Notes: generated from the sequence alone by a model not told the origin. Shown: positions 1 through 12,088, counted from the first letter of the stretch. The stretch: 64,000 nucleotides of DNA from Pristiophorus japonicus (GCF_044704955.1 NC_092002.1:11842001-11906000), one strand, 5' to 3'. A program made the numbers and translations.

Positions 1-104
1 CACTTAAACATCACAAATTCATATCATCTTCTGTCCGACTTCACACAAGATTTGGTTATGCATTTAAACTCAATGGTTACCTATTTTTATCGGTTTGTTT
101 ATAT

Positions 105-470
105 AGAAAGACTTGCATTTCTACACCGTCCTTCCTTACCTCAGGATGTCTCAATGAATTACTTTGGAAGTGAGGACATTGCTGTAATGACAGAAAAGCA
201 GCAGCCAATTTGCGCACTGACATTGGATGAGGGATAAATATTAGCAAGGTCACTGGGAAACTCCCTTGCACTTTGTACAGCGCTGTGGGATCTTTTACGT
301 CCACCTGAGAGAGCAGACGAAGCCTCGTTTAACGTCTCACCCAAAAGACGGCACTCCCTCAGCACTGCGTTGGAGTGTCAGGATTGATTTTTGTGTTCAA
401 GTCCCTGGCATGGGGCTTCAAACTACAACCTTCTGACTCGGGCGAAAGTGCTACCAACTGGGCCACACCA
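105..470 (-). mobile_element. tRNA-derived Deu-domain SINE (SacSINE1/AmnSINE-like), degraded
   Basis: Shares the core GGATCTTTTACGTCCACCTGAGAGAGCAGAC and the tail AAAGACTTGCATTT with many other copies in the window. Confidence 0.7.
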
Positions 471-869
471 TTGAAGATTATTCAACTTCAGTGAAGATAA
501 ACTTTAACCTGGCAGGGTAGGGGGAGGGGGGAGTGAGAGGTGTTCATCCATCCTGCAGCTGTCCCTGAAATTTGGGGATGAGCCTTGGTGTAAAAGGTCA
601 GGAATGTAGTTCCCAAGAAATGAGGCACAGTGATCTGCCCCGCGGGCACGTGGCTCAAATAACTGGCTTGCACTCGAACCTTTCCCTCAAACTGAAGGGT
701 CCCTGTGGTAACACACCTCCGCTCTTGCATTGGGGGAATCCCTGGGGTAACCCATTCAACCCCTCAAATCTGGGGGTGGGAGGTGTGCAGTCTGGCATTG
801 CCCATTCTCCCCTCACATCTGGGGTGCGGGGGGGGGGGGGGGGGGGGAGATCTGGGATATACCATTCTC

Positions 870-1615
870 ATCTGGTCTGGGGGGGGGGGAATATCCCATT
901 CCCCGAGTTGAGGGCGGGGGGGAATATCCCATTCCCCTGAGCCTGGGGGGAGGGGGAATATCCCATTCCCCCTGAGCCTGGGGGGAGGGGGAATATCCCA
1001 TTCCCCCTGAGCCTGGGGGGAGGGGGAATAACCCATTCCCCCTGAACCTGGGGGGAGGGGGAATAACCCATTCCCCCTGAACCTGGGGGGAGAGGGAATA
1101 ACCCATTCCCCCTGAACCTGGGGGGAGGGGGAATAACCAATTCCCCCTGAGCTTTGGGGGGGGGGGGGAGATAATAACCCATTCCCCGAGCCTGGGGGGA
1201 GGGTCTCCCAGGGACATCCCATTCCCCCTGAGCCCTGGGAGAGCAATATCCCATTCCCCCTGAGCCTGGGGGGGGGGAGGGGGAATAATCCCATTCCCCC
1301 TGAGCCTGGGGGGAGGGGCAGGGGAATATCCCATTCCCCCTGAGCCTTGGGGGGGGGGGGGGAAGAGAGGGCGGGGGGGGGGAAGAGAGGGCGGGGGGGG
1401 GGAAGAGAGGGCGGGGGGGGGGGAAGAGAGGGCGGGGGGGGGGGAAGAGAGGGCGGGGGGGGGGGAAGAGAGGGCGGGGGGGGGGAAGAGAGGGCGGGGG
1501 GGGGAAGAGAGGGCGGGGGGGGGGAAGAGAGGGCGGGGGGGGGAAGAGAGGGGGGGGGGGGAATATCCCATTCCCCCTGAGCCTGGGGGGAGGGTCTCCC
1601 AGGGACATCCCATTC
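870..1615. repeat. G/C-rich minisatellite (GGGGAATATCCCATTCCCCCTGAGCCTGGGGG units) with an internal (G)nAAGAGAGGGC array at about 1350-1560
   Basis: Tandem units read directly; each unit contains the small palindrome GGGGAAT..ATTCCCC. Confidence 0.9.
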
Positions 1616-1623
1616 TCGCCTAC

Positions 1624-1797
1624 CCCCTCAGTGCCGGGGGGGGGGGGGGGGGACTGGATTCCTCGCCCGCTGCTATATGTAGACGAGGAAGCGGACGGTG
1701 CTGGCCGCCTCTGCCGCCGCCTGAGGGGGGAAATAAAATCGGGCCACGTACGTAACTTACGCTGTCGGAAGCCGTCCGCGGGGCGGCCGCTGTCCAT
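1624..1797 (-). CDS. Probable first exon of an unidentified - strand gene (MDSGRPADGFRQ...)
   Basis: Strong Kozak context CGCCATGG (ATG at 1797) inside a CpG island; donor-like GTAAGT at 1760 and GTAGGC at 1623; protein not recognised. Confidence 0.4.
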
Positions 1798-1799
1798 GG

Positions 1800-2150
1800 C
1801 GAGAGGAGCGGGGCCCGGCCGCTCGCGCTCGGCCCCAACCGCCGGAGGGAGAGGGCGGTGCCTGCGTGCTGATCGACAGCCGCCTCGGCCAATCAGCGAG
1901 CGAGCGGCTCCTGGCTAACGCCTGCGCACTGCGAGCCCGGGCCGCCGGCTGATGGACAGCTGCTTCGGCCAATCAGCGAGCGGCCCCTGGCCAACGCCTG
2001 CGCACTGCGAGCCCGGGCCGCCGGCTGATGGACAGCCGCCGCCACCAATCGGCAAGCGCCGTCAGGCGGCGCACTGACGTCGCGGCGGCTCCTGCCCAAA
2101 GGCTGCCGAGGGGGAGGGACGACCGGCGCTGCAGCCAGTGCGCAGCCGCA
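1800..2150 (-). promoter_or_regulatory. CpG-island promoter with three CCAAT boxes and a CRE-like site
   Basis: CCAAT at 1889, 1969 and 2045 within a tandemly repeated ~76-80 bp module; TGACGTC at 2075; very high CpG density. Confidence 0.7.
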
Positions 2151-2532
2151 GTGGTAATAATGAAATGAGCCCCATCTAACCAGTGGGAGTGAGTGACAGG
2201 GGCAGCCTGGGGCCAGCCAACCTGCACAGGGTGCAAAAAACCAGATTCACAAGGATGACTTTCCTTAAATATTCGATCCTGGCATGTTGGCATTTATTGC
2301 CCATCCCTAATTGCCCCTTGAGAAGGTGGTGGTGAGCCGCCTTCTTGAACCGCTGCAGTCCGTGTGGCGAAGGTGCTCCCACAGTGCTGCTGACTTTGTC
2401 GGAGCAGTTGTGTACAACTGAGTGACTCGCTCGGCCCATTTCCGAGGGTAGTTAACATTGCATGATGATGATGATTGGGTCTGGAGCCACATAGAGGCCC
2501 AGACCGGGTAAGGGCGGCAGATTTCCCTCCCG

Positions 2533-2950
2533 AATCATCATCAGAGTCAGTCCCTCGGAATCGAGGAAGACTTGAGTCCAACGAGAGCCACAGACCCTGT
2601 TGCAGGTGGGACAGACGTTCACCGAGGGAAGGGGAGGGTGGGACTAGTTTGCCACACGCTCCTTCCACTGCCTTCGCCTGACCTCTTCACACTCTCGGCG
2701 TTGAAATTCGAAGAGCTCAGCGTCCTCCCGGATGCACTTTCTTCACCGAGAGCGGTCTTGGACCAGGGACACCCAGGTGTCAGTGGTGATGTCACACTTT
2801 ACCAGGGAGGCTTTGAGGGTGTCCTTGTAACGTTTCTGCTGCCCGCCTTTGGCTCATTTGCCGTTCGCATCCTTGCCTTGCGAGTCTCGTGTCGGGCATA
2901 CGAACCATGTGGCCTGCCCAGTGAAGCTGATCAAGTGTGGTCAGTGCTTA
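2533..2950 (-). mobile_element. RTE-clade LINE 3' fragment, nested in a SINE
   Basis: (CAT)n tail plus GTCCCTCGGAATCGAGGAAGACTTG; same family at about 6680-7000, 24580-24960, 29000-29390 and 53110-53595. Confidence 0.6.
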
Positions 2951-3084
2951 CTAAAGGACATTAGTGAACCAGATGGGCTTTTAATGACAATCCGGTAGTT
3001 TCATGGTCACCATTACTGACACAAGCTTTTTTTAATTCCAGATTTATTTAATTAACGGAACTTAAATTCTCCAGCTACACACAC

Positions 3085-4500
3085 ATTTAATAACTCGTTA
3101 GAAAAAGGTGTAGTGCCAGAGGACAGGAAAATAGCGAATGTAAAAGCTATATTTAAGAAGGGGCATCGACCATGTCCCGGAAATTATAGAGCAGTCAGCT
3201 TAACATCGGTGGTAGGAAAAATAATGGAAATAGAACATCTAGAAACCAAAAATAATAAATAGTCAGCATGGATTTCAAAAGGGAAAGTCTTGCTTGACCA
3301 ATCTCATTGAATTTTTTGAAGAGGTAACAGAGAGTAGACAACGGTAGATGTAATTGAACTAGATTTTCAAAACGCCTTCAATAAGATATCCCATAATAAA
3401 CTGCTGAACAAGGTCAGAGAATGCGGAGCCAGGGGAGCAGTAGCAGAATGGCTTCAAGACAGAAAGCAAAGAGTAGGGGGTAAAAGGTAGCAGAAGGTGG
3501 GTAGTGGTGTTCCAGAAGGATCAGTACTGGGACCATTGTTGCTCATAATTTATATTAATGATTTAGACTTTGAAAACAAAAACACAATTTCTACATCTGC
3601 AGATGACACCAAATTGGGGGGATAGTCAATACTGAGGAGGACTGCAACAAATTACAGGAGGACATTAATAAACTTGCAGAATGGGCATATAATTGGTAAA
3701 TTAAGTTCATCACTGATAAATGTGAGGTATTACATTTTGGTAGGAAGAATAGGGAGGTCACATATACTTGGAGGGTGCGAGTCGAGGTAGGGTACAGGAA
3801 CAAAGGGATCTCGGAGTACAAATATACAAACCACTAAAAGTTGCGACACTGGTTAGCAAGGCCATAAAAAGCAAACCAAGCACTAGGGTTTATTTTTGGA
3901 GGTATAGAATTGAAAAGTAGGGAAGTTATGCTAAACCTGGATCGAACCTTGGTTAGACCACACTCAGAGTACTGCGTACAGTTCTGGTTGTCAGATTATA
4001 TAAAGGATATAGAGGCACTGGAGAGGGTGCAGGGAAGATTTACAAGGATGATACCAGAAATGCGAGGGTGTACATATCAGAAAAGGATGAACAGGCTGGG
4101 TCTCTTTTCTCTTGAAAAAAAGGCCGAGGGGTGACCTAATAGAGGTCTTTAAAATTGTGAAAGGTTTTGATAGAGTGGATAGAGAATGTTTCCACTTGTG
4201 GGGAAGAGCATAACTAGAGGCCATCAATATATCACCAAGAAATCCAATAGGGAATTCAGGAGAAACTTCTTTACCCAGAGAGTGTTGAGAATGTGGAACT
4301 CGCTGCCACAGGGAGGGGTTGAGGTGAATAGTATCGATGCATTTAAGGGGAGGCTGGACAAGCATATGGGGGAGAAGGGAATAGAGGGTTATGCTGATAG
4401 ATGGGAAAAGACGGGAGGAGGCTCGAGTGGAGCATATACGCCAGCATGGACTGGTTGGGCCGAATGGCCTGTTTCTGGGCTGTATATCCTGTGTGATCTT
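3085..4500 (+). mobile_element. CR1-clade LINE 3' part with decayed RT
   Basis: SQHGFQKGKSCLTNL-like and ADDTKLGG motifs; ORFs LVRPHSEYCVQFW and RRNFFTQRVLRMWNSLP. Confidence 0.85.
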
Positions 4501-4824
4501 ATGCAAAAGGATACCATCCAGCCCCTCGAGCCTGTTCCGCCATTCAGGGAGATCATGGCTGATCTGCGATCTAACTTCATATACTTGTCTTTACATCATA
4601 TCCCTCAATACCTTTGGTTAACAAAAATCTATCGTCGGATTAAAAATTAATTGGCCGAGCATCAATTGCCATTGCTGAAGAGAGTTCCAAACTTCTACCA
4701 CCCTTTGTGTGTAGAAGTGTTTCCTAATTTCACCCCTGAAAGGTCTGGCTCTCATTTTTAAGACTATGCCCCCTAGTCCTAGACTCCCCAACCAGTGGAC
4801 ATAGTTTCCCTTTGCCCTATTTGT

Positions 4825-5250
4825 TGAAAGACTTGCATTTATATAGCACCTTTCATGACCACCGGATGTCTCAAAAGCGCTTTACAGCCAATTAAGTACT
4901 TCTGGAGTGTAGTCACTGTTGTAATGTGGGAAACATGGCAGCCAACTTGCGCACAGCAAGCTCCCACAGACAGCAATGTGATAATGACCCAGATAATCTG
5001 TTTTTGTTATGTTGATTAAGGGATAAATATTGGCCCCAGGACACCGGGGATAACTCCGCTGCTCTTCTTCAAAATAATGCCATGGGATCTTTTACGTCCA
5101 CCTGAGAGAGCAGACGGGGCCTCGGTTTGACGTCTCATCCGAAAGACGGCACCTCCGACAGAGCAGCACTCCCTCAGCACCGCCTAGGTCGGCCTAGATT
5201 TTATGTGCTCAAGTTCCTGGAGTGAGACTCGAACCCACAACCTTCTGAAA
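4825..5250 (-). mobile_element. Deu-domain tRNA-SINE
   Basis: Near full-length copy with core GACGGCACCTCCGACA and a B-box-like head near 5230. Confidence 0.75.
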
Positions 5251-5391
5251 CCGCAAGGAGTTCCCCGGTATTGGAGGTCCTGAGAAAGAACAAGTGCGAG
5301 GTGCAGATTTTGCGTGGGAGGTCTCAATTTCAACACAGTAAAATCAATGAACGATGATTGGCTACTTCGAAATCATGCTTATAATCCAAAA

Positions 5392-5397
5392 TTTATT
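5392..5397 (-). terminator. GEMIN7: Candidate polyadenylation signal AATAAA for GEMIN7
   Basis: TTTATT on the + strand about 260 nt past the stop, just before unique sequence gives way to repeats. Confidence 0.55.
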
Positions 5398-5657
5398 GTG
5401 CTTTGAGTACAGTATTAACATTGGTCAAGAGATTTTTTTCTTTTAAACAGAAGAAACCAGTTTGCAAAGATGAATAAACACACAAGTATATTTTGTACAA
5501 TCAGACCCCAGCCAGCCAGCAAACCCCATACTGAGAACAAAGGGAACAGAATGGGGAAATCCAGACGCTGCTTGACTGCGCCTCGGTGGTGTGACCCGGA
5601 CGGGACCCAGTCGCGAACAGGGTGCCGAGCTCCGAGCTGGTATACGGCACAGGCGGG

Positions 5658-6038
5658 TCAAAGGTTAAATTTGTAGGCGATGACGTCGGGGCAGCGCAGC
5701 AGCGCCTCCTTCTGGACGCCCAGCGGCGTCTGCAGGTGAGACACCTGGAAGTTCAGGATGTCGATGTCAGAGGCCGCGAATGTCGCGGTGACGGCCACAC
5801 TCTCGTACATGGTGAAGTTCACCGGCCGCCCCGCCATGGTGACGAGGCTGCGCAGGAAGCGCTCGCGAAGGGCGGACCGCGAGCGCTGCTCCTCCTCCAG
5901 GTCGGGGCCGCAGCAGTTGCCCGACGCTTGGATGGAGGACGGCGCGAGGGCGTGGTACCGGGGGGACGTGGGATCGAAGCCCCGGCTCTGCCCGTCGGGA
6001 CCTCGAGGGAGACGCACCACCGTCACCAGAGAAGCCAT
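5658..6038 (-). CDS. GEMIN7: Gem-associated protein 7 (SMN complex), complete 126-aa CDS in one exon
   Basis: VRLPRGPDG..SRGF, EQRSRSALRERFLRSL and NFQVSHLQTPLGVQKEALLRC match vertebrate Gemin7; ATG at 6038 lies just after an acceptor TTTCCCCAG|CAG at 6051. Confidence 0.95.
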   Translation of the reverse strand: MASLVTVVRLPRGPDGQSRGFDPTSPRYHALAPSSIQASGNCCGPDLEEEQRSRSALRERFLRSLVTMAGRPVNFTMYESVAVTATFAASDIDILNFQVSHLQTPLGVQKEALLRCPDVIAYKFNL

Positions 6039-6069
6039 CGCCAGGAGCTGCTGGGGAAACAAAAAAAAA

Positions 6070-6615
6070 AACATAAGAACATAAGAAATAGGAGCAGGAG
6101 CCGGTCATTCGGCCCCTCGAGCCTGCTCCGCCATTTAATACGACCATGGCTGATCAGATCATGGACTCAGCTCCACTTCCCCTCCCGCCCCCTTATCGGT
6201 TAAGAAACTCTCTCAGTTTTAAATGGGTGGCCCCTTATTCTAAGATTATGCCCTCTAGTTCTAGTCTCCCCAATCAGTGGAAACATCCTCTCTGCATCCA
6301 CCTTGTCAAGCCCCATCATAATTTTATGCGTTTCGATAAGATCACCTCTCATTCTTCTGAATTCCAATGAGTAGAGGCCCAAACTCATAAGTCAACCCCC
6401 TCATCTCCAGAATCAACCGAGTGAACATTCTCTGAACTGCCTCCAAAGCAAGTATATCCTTTCGTAAATATGGAAACCAAAACTGCACGCAGTATTCCAG
6501 GTGGGGCCTCACAAATACCCTGTATAACTGTAGCAAGACTTCTCTGCTTTTATACTCCATCCCCTTTGAAATAAAGGGCAAGACGCCATTGGCCTTCCTG
6601 ATCACTTGCTGTAGC
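6070..6615 (-). mobile_element. CR1-clade LINE 3' end
   Basis: ORFs VRPHLEYCVQFWFPYLRKD and [12 protein letters not shown]; (TTCTTATG)n tail abuts the GEMIN7 acceptor. Confidence 0.85.
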
Positions 6616-7809
6616 TACAGTAACACAATTAGCTGCGATTTACATCTTAATCGCCATTAAAGTCATCATTTTACATAAACGGCAAGCGAGCCCTACAAGG
6701 CTTGGCATTCGAACGTGTACATTCTGGCATTTCACTGCTCAGTTCCCCAGCACACAGCCTCAAGTCCCCCCTCGTGTCCTGAAGCACACGACTGTTCGGG
6801 CTTACACGTGGCTCCTCACGGGCACACCACCAGCTGGCCGAGGCAGCGAGACAGAATCTGGAACCGTGTGTTGCTGCGTGGCTTAGCGTCAGCTGGCTTC
6901 GACAACTTGTAACCCAAGTGGAGGAAGTGCAGCCGGGAGGGCGCTGAGCACCTCGAGTCTCATCGCCGAGAGCATGCCTATGATGATGATGATGATGATG
7001 ATTATATAGCGCCTTTAACGTAGTGAAACGTCCCAACGCTTCACAGGAGTATTATGAGATTTTAAAAATTGACACCGAGCCCCATAAGTAGAAATTAGAG
7101 CAGGTGACCAAAAGCTTGGTCAAAGAAGTAGGTTTTAAGGAGCGTCTTGAATGAGGAAAGAGAGGTAGAGAGGTCAGCGAGCACAGGGGGTGATGGGTGA
7201 GCGGGACTTGGTGCGAGTTAGGACACGGGGCAGCCGAGTTTTGGACGACCTGTAGTTTACATAGGGTAGAATATGGGAGGCCAGCTGGGGGCAAGTGGGG
7301 GGGGGAGTGACCGATGTAATCTGCGAGTCTGAGAGCGCGAAGGAAACATCCGGGGAGGAGGGGGTCCTGGTGCAACATCCTGGAACCACCCCTCGGCAAT
7401 AGTCAGGAGCGGGTACGAATAGTTAGAGAGAACAGATAATGTAAATCAGATGAAGCGAAGCTTAGGTGGTTAAAAACCTGAAGATTTTAGGAAAAGGAAA
7501 TAACTTGAAACATCACCAAGTTCCCCAGAATGTAGGTCCTGGGGGGAAAAAAAGTATTAAAAGTTGGAGATAGTCTCAAATTCCAACACGGTGAAGCCAG
7601 GCAGCAATTATTGGCAACCTTACAATCATGCGCTTATAACACTCCACCGCCCACTGAGAGGCCACACAGCTCCCCTAACCTTCAGACCCCAGGGCAGCCA
7701 ACCCCCTCTCGTCACACCCCAGGGGCTCTCCCTCCCCTCCAGACACCAGGGCTGTCCTCACCCCCTCCCCTCAGATTCAGGGCCTTCTCCTACCCCCACA
7801 ACCCCCACC

Positions 7810-10800
7810 CCCCCCTCAGATTAAGGACAGTTTCTCCACCCCCCTCAGATTAAGGACAGTTTCTCCCTCCCCCCTCAGATTAAGGACAGTTTCCCCCCCA
7901 CTCAGATTAAAGACAGTTTCTCCCCCCCTTCAGATTAAGGACAGTTTCTCTTCCCCCCCTCCCCTCAGATTAAGGACAGTTTCTTCCCCCCCACCCCCCT
8001 CAGATTAAAGACAGTTTCTCCCTCCCCTCAGATTAAGGACAGTTTCTCCTCCTCCCCTCAGATTAAGGACAGTTTCTCCTCCCCCCTCAGATTAAGGACA
8101 GTTTCTCTTCTCCCCCCCCCCCCTCAGATTAAGGACAGTTTCTCTCCCCCCCCCCCCCCCCCCCCCCCTCAGATGAAGGACAGTTTCTCCTCTCCCCCAC
8201 CCCCCCCCCTCAGATGAAGGACAGTTTCTCCCCACCCCCTCAGATTAAGGACAGTTTCTCTCCCCCCCCCCCCTCAGAATAAGGACAGTTTCTCCCCCCC
8301 CTCAGATTAAGGACAGTTTCTCTCCCCCCCCACCCCTCAGATTAAGGACAGTTTCTCTTCCCCCCCCTCAGATTAAGGACAGTTCCCCCCCCTCAGATTA
8401 AGGACAGTTTCTCTCTCCTCCCCCCCCCCCCCCCTCAGATTAAGGACAGTTTCTCTCCCCCCCACCCCTCAGATTAAGGACAGTTTCTCTCCCCCCCACC
8501 CCTCAGATTAAGGACAGTTTCTCTCTCCTCCCCCCCCCTCAGATTAAGGACAGTTTCTCTCTCTTCCCCCCCCCCCTCCTCCCTCAGATTAAGGACAGTT
8601 TCCCTCTCCCCCCTCAGATTAAGGAAAGTTTCTCCCCCCCTCCTCAGATTAAGGACAGTTTCTCCCCCTCTCCCTCCTCAGATTAAAGACAGTTTATCTC
8701 CCCCCCCCCCCTCAGATTAAGGACAGTTTCTTTCCGCCCCCCCCCCCTCAGATTAAGGACAGTTTCTCCCCCCTCCTCCTCAGATTAAGGACAGTTTCTC
8801 TTCCCCCCCCCCCTCAGATTAAGGATAGTTTCTCCCCCCCTCCTCAGATTAAGGACAGTTTCTTTCCCCTCCCCCCCCTCAGATTAAGGACAGTTTCGTT
8901 CCCCCCCTCAGATTAAGGAGTTTCTCCCCCCCCCTCAGATTAAGGACAATTTCTCTCTCTCTTCCCCCCCCCCTCAGATTAAGGACAGTTTCGTTCCCCC
9001 CCTCAGATTAAGGACAGTTTCTCCCCCCCCCCTCAGATTAAGGACAATTTCTCTCTCTTACCCCCCCCCCCTCAGATTAAGGACAATTTCTCTCTCTTCC
9101 CCCCCCCCCCTCAGATTAAGGACAGTTTCTCTCCCCCCCTCAGATTAAGGACAGTTTCTCTTCCCCCCCCCCTCAGATTAAGGACAGTTTCTCTCCCCCC
9201 CCTCAGATTAAGGACAGTTTCTCTTCCCCCCCCCCCCTCAGATTAAGGACAGTTTCTCTCTTCCCCTCCCCCCCCCCTCAGATTAAGGACAGTTTCTCTC
9301 CCCCCCCTCAGATTAAGGACAGTTTCTCTCCCCCCTCACCCTNNNNNNNNNNNNNNNNNNNNNNNNNNNNNNNNNNNNNNNNNNNNNNNNNNNNNNNNNN
9401 NNNNNNNNNNNNNNNNNNNNNNNNNNNNNNNNNNNNNNNNNNNNNNNNNNNNNNNNNNNNNNNNNNNNNNNNNNNNNNTTCTCTCTCCCCCCCCCCATAT
9501 TAAGGACAGTTTCTCTCTCTTTCCCCCCCCCCCTCAGATTAAGGAGTTTCTCTCTCTCTCCCCCCCCCCCCCTCAGATTAAGGAAAGTTTCTCTTCCCCC
9601 CCCCCCACTCAGATTAAGGACAGTTTCTCTCTCCCCCCCCTCACCCTCAGATTAAGGACAGTTTCTCTCTCTTCCCCCCCCCCTCAGATTAAGGAAAGTT
9701 TCTCTTCCCCCCTCCCCTCAGATTAAGGACAGTTTCTCTCTCTTCCCCCCCCCCCCCCCCTCAGATTAAGGACAGTTTCTCTCTCCCCCCCCCCTCAGAT
9801 TAAGGACAGTTTCTCTCTCTCCCCCCCTCAGATTAAGGAAAGTTTCTCTTCCCCCCCACCCCCTCAGATTAAGGACAGTTTCTCTCTTCCCCCCCCCCCT
9901 CAGATTAAGGACAGTTTCTCTCTCCCCCACCCCCCCCCCTCAGATTAAGGACAGTTTCTCTCTCCCCCCCCCCCCTCAGATTAAGGACAGTTTCTTTCTC
10001 TCCCCCCCCCCCCAGATTAAGGACAGTTTCTCTCTCTCCCCCCACCCCCTCAGATTAAGGAAAGTTTCTCTTCCCCCCCTCAGATTAAGGACAGTTTCTC
10101 TCTTCCCCCCCCCCCTCAGATTAAGGACAGTTTTTCTCTCTCTCCCCCCCCTCCTCAGATTAAGGACAGTTTCTTTTCCCCCCCCCCCCCCTCAGATTAA
10201 GGACAGTTTCTCTCCCCCCCCAAGATTAAGGACAGTTTCTCCCCCCCTCAGATTAAGGACAGTTTCTCTTCCCCGCCCCCCCCCTCCTCAGATTAAGGAC
10301 AGTTTCTCTTCCCCCCCCCTCAGATTAAGGACAGTTTCTCTCTCTTCCCCCCCCCTCAGATTAAGGACAGTTTCTCTTCCCCCCCCCCCTCAGATTAAGG
10401 ACAGTTTCTCTTCCCCCCCCTCAGATTAAGGACAGTTTCTCCCTCTTCCCCCCCCCCCTCAGATTAAGGACAGTTTCTCTCTTCCCCCCCCCTCAGATTA
10501 TGGACAGTTTCTCTCCCCCCCCCCCCTCAGATTAAGGACAGTTTCTCTTCCCCCCCCCCCTCAGATTAAGGACAGTTTCTCTCCCCCCTCACCCTCAGAT
10601 TAAGGACAGTTTCTCTCCCCCCCCCCCCCCCCTCAGATTAAGGACAGTTTCTCTCTCTTTCCCCCCCCCCCCCTCAGATTAAGGACAGTTTCTCTCTCCC
10701 CCCCCCCTCAGATTAAGGACAGTTTCTCTCTCTCCCCCCCCCCCCCTCCCCTCAGATTAAGGAAAGTTTCTCTTCCCCCCCCCCTCAGATTAAGGAAAGT

Positions 10801-12088
10801 TTCTCTCCCCCCCCCCCCTCAGATTAAGGACAGTTTCTCTCTCTCCCCCCCCCCCCTCAGATTAAGGAAAGTTTCTCTTCTACCCCCCCCCCCCCCCTCA
10901 GATTAAGGAAAGTTTCTCTTCCCCCCCCCCCCTCAGATTAAGGACAGTTTCTCTCTCCCCCCCTCACCCTCAGATTAAGGACAGTTTCTCTCTTCTCCCC
11001 CCCCCCCTCAGATTAAGGACAGTTTCTCTCTCTTCCCCCCCCCCCCTCAGATTAAGGACAGTTTCTCTCTCTTCCCCCCCCTCTCAGATTAAGGACAGTT
11101 TCTCTCTCCCCCCCTCACCCTCAGATTAAGGACAGTTTCTCTCTCTCCCCCCCCCCCTCAGATTAAGGACAGTTTCTCTCTCTTCCCCCCCCTCTCAGAT
11201 TAAGGACAGTTTTTCTCTCTCTTCCCCCCCCCCCCTCAGATTAAGGAAAGTTTCTCTTCCCCCCCCCCTCAGATTAAGGAAAGTTTCTCTTCCCCCCCCC
11301 CCTCAGATTAAGGACAGTTTCTCTCTCCCCCCCTCCCCTCCCTCCTCAGATTAAGGACAGTTTTTCTCTCCCCCCCTCAGATTAAGGAAAGTTTCTCTTC
11401 CCCCTCCCCTCAGATTAAGGACAGTTTCTCTCTCCCCCCCTCCCTCCTCAGATTAAGGACAGTTTCTCTCTCCCCCCCTCACCCTCAGATTAAGGACAGT
11501 TTCTCTCTCTTCCCCCCCCCCCCCCCCCTCAGATTAAGAAAAGTTTCTCTCCCCCTCCCCTCAGATTAAGGAAAGTTTCTCTTCCCCCCCCTCACCCTCA
11601 GATTAAGGACAGTTTCTCTCCCCCCCCCCCTCAGATTAAGGACAGTTTCTCTCTCTTCCCCCCCCCCTCAGATTAAGGACAGTTTCTCTCTCTTTCCCCC
11701 CCCCTCAGATTAAGGACAGTTTTTCTCTCTCTTACCCCCCCCCCCCTCAGATTAAGGAAAAGTTTCTCTTCCCCCCCCCCTCAGATTAAGGAAAGTTTCT
11801 CTTTTCCCCCCCCCAGATTAAGGACAGTTTCTCTCCCCCCCTCCCTCCTCAGATTAAGGACAGTTTTTCTCTCCCCCCCCCTCCCTCCTCAGATTAAGGA
11901 CAGTTTCTCTCTTCCCCCCCCTCCCTCCTCAGATTAAGGACAGTTTTTCTCTCCCTCCCTCCCCCCCTCAGATTAAGGAAAGTTTCTCTTCCCCCTCCCC
12001 CTCAGATTAAGGACAGTTTCTCTCCCCCCCAGATTAAGGACAGTTTCTCTCTCCCCCCCCCCCTCACCCCCAGATTAAGGACAGTTCC
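7810..12088. repeat. ~4.3 kb minisatellite with constant core CTCAGATTAAGGACAGTTTCTC and variable CT/poly-C spacer; assembly gap at 9343-9478
   Basis: On the order of 100 tandem ~30-45 bp units read directly; the run of Ns means the true length is unknown. Confidence 0.97.

Noticed and set aside
470-545. Acceptor-like CCCCTACCCTGCCAG on the - strand near 510, a possible exon 2 of the left gene
   Set aside because: All three frames stop quickly and no convincing donor follows; it could at most be a UTR exon and is unsupported.
764-1613. Long Pro/Gly-rich ORFs
   Set aside because: They are translations of the minisatellite; the same applies to the ORFs at 13933-15074, 43204-43980, 47323-48017 and 50887-51775.
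7290-7500. Possible extra GEMIN7 5' UTR exon with acceptor TTTCCTTTTCCTAAAATCTTCAG at 7478
   Set aside because: I could not identify a good matching donor; transcript data are needed.
7810-12088. CRISPR-like look: a constant ~22-bp core with variable spacers
   Set aside because: The spacers are only CT/poly-C slippage variants, there are no cas genes, and the context is a vertebrate intron, so this is a minisatellite.
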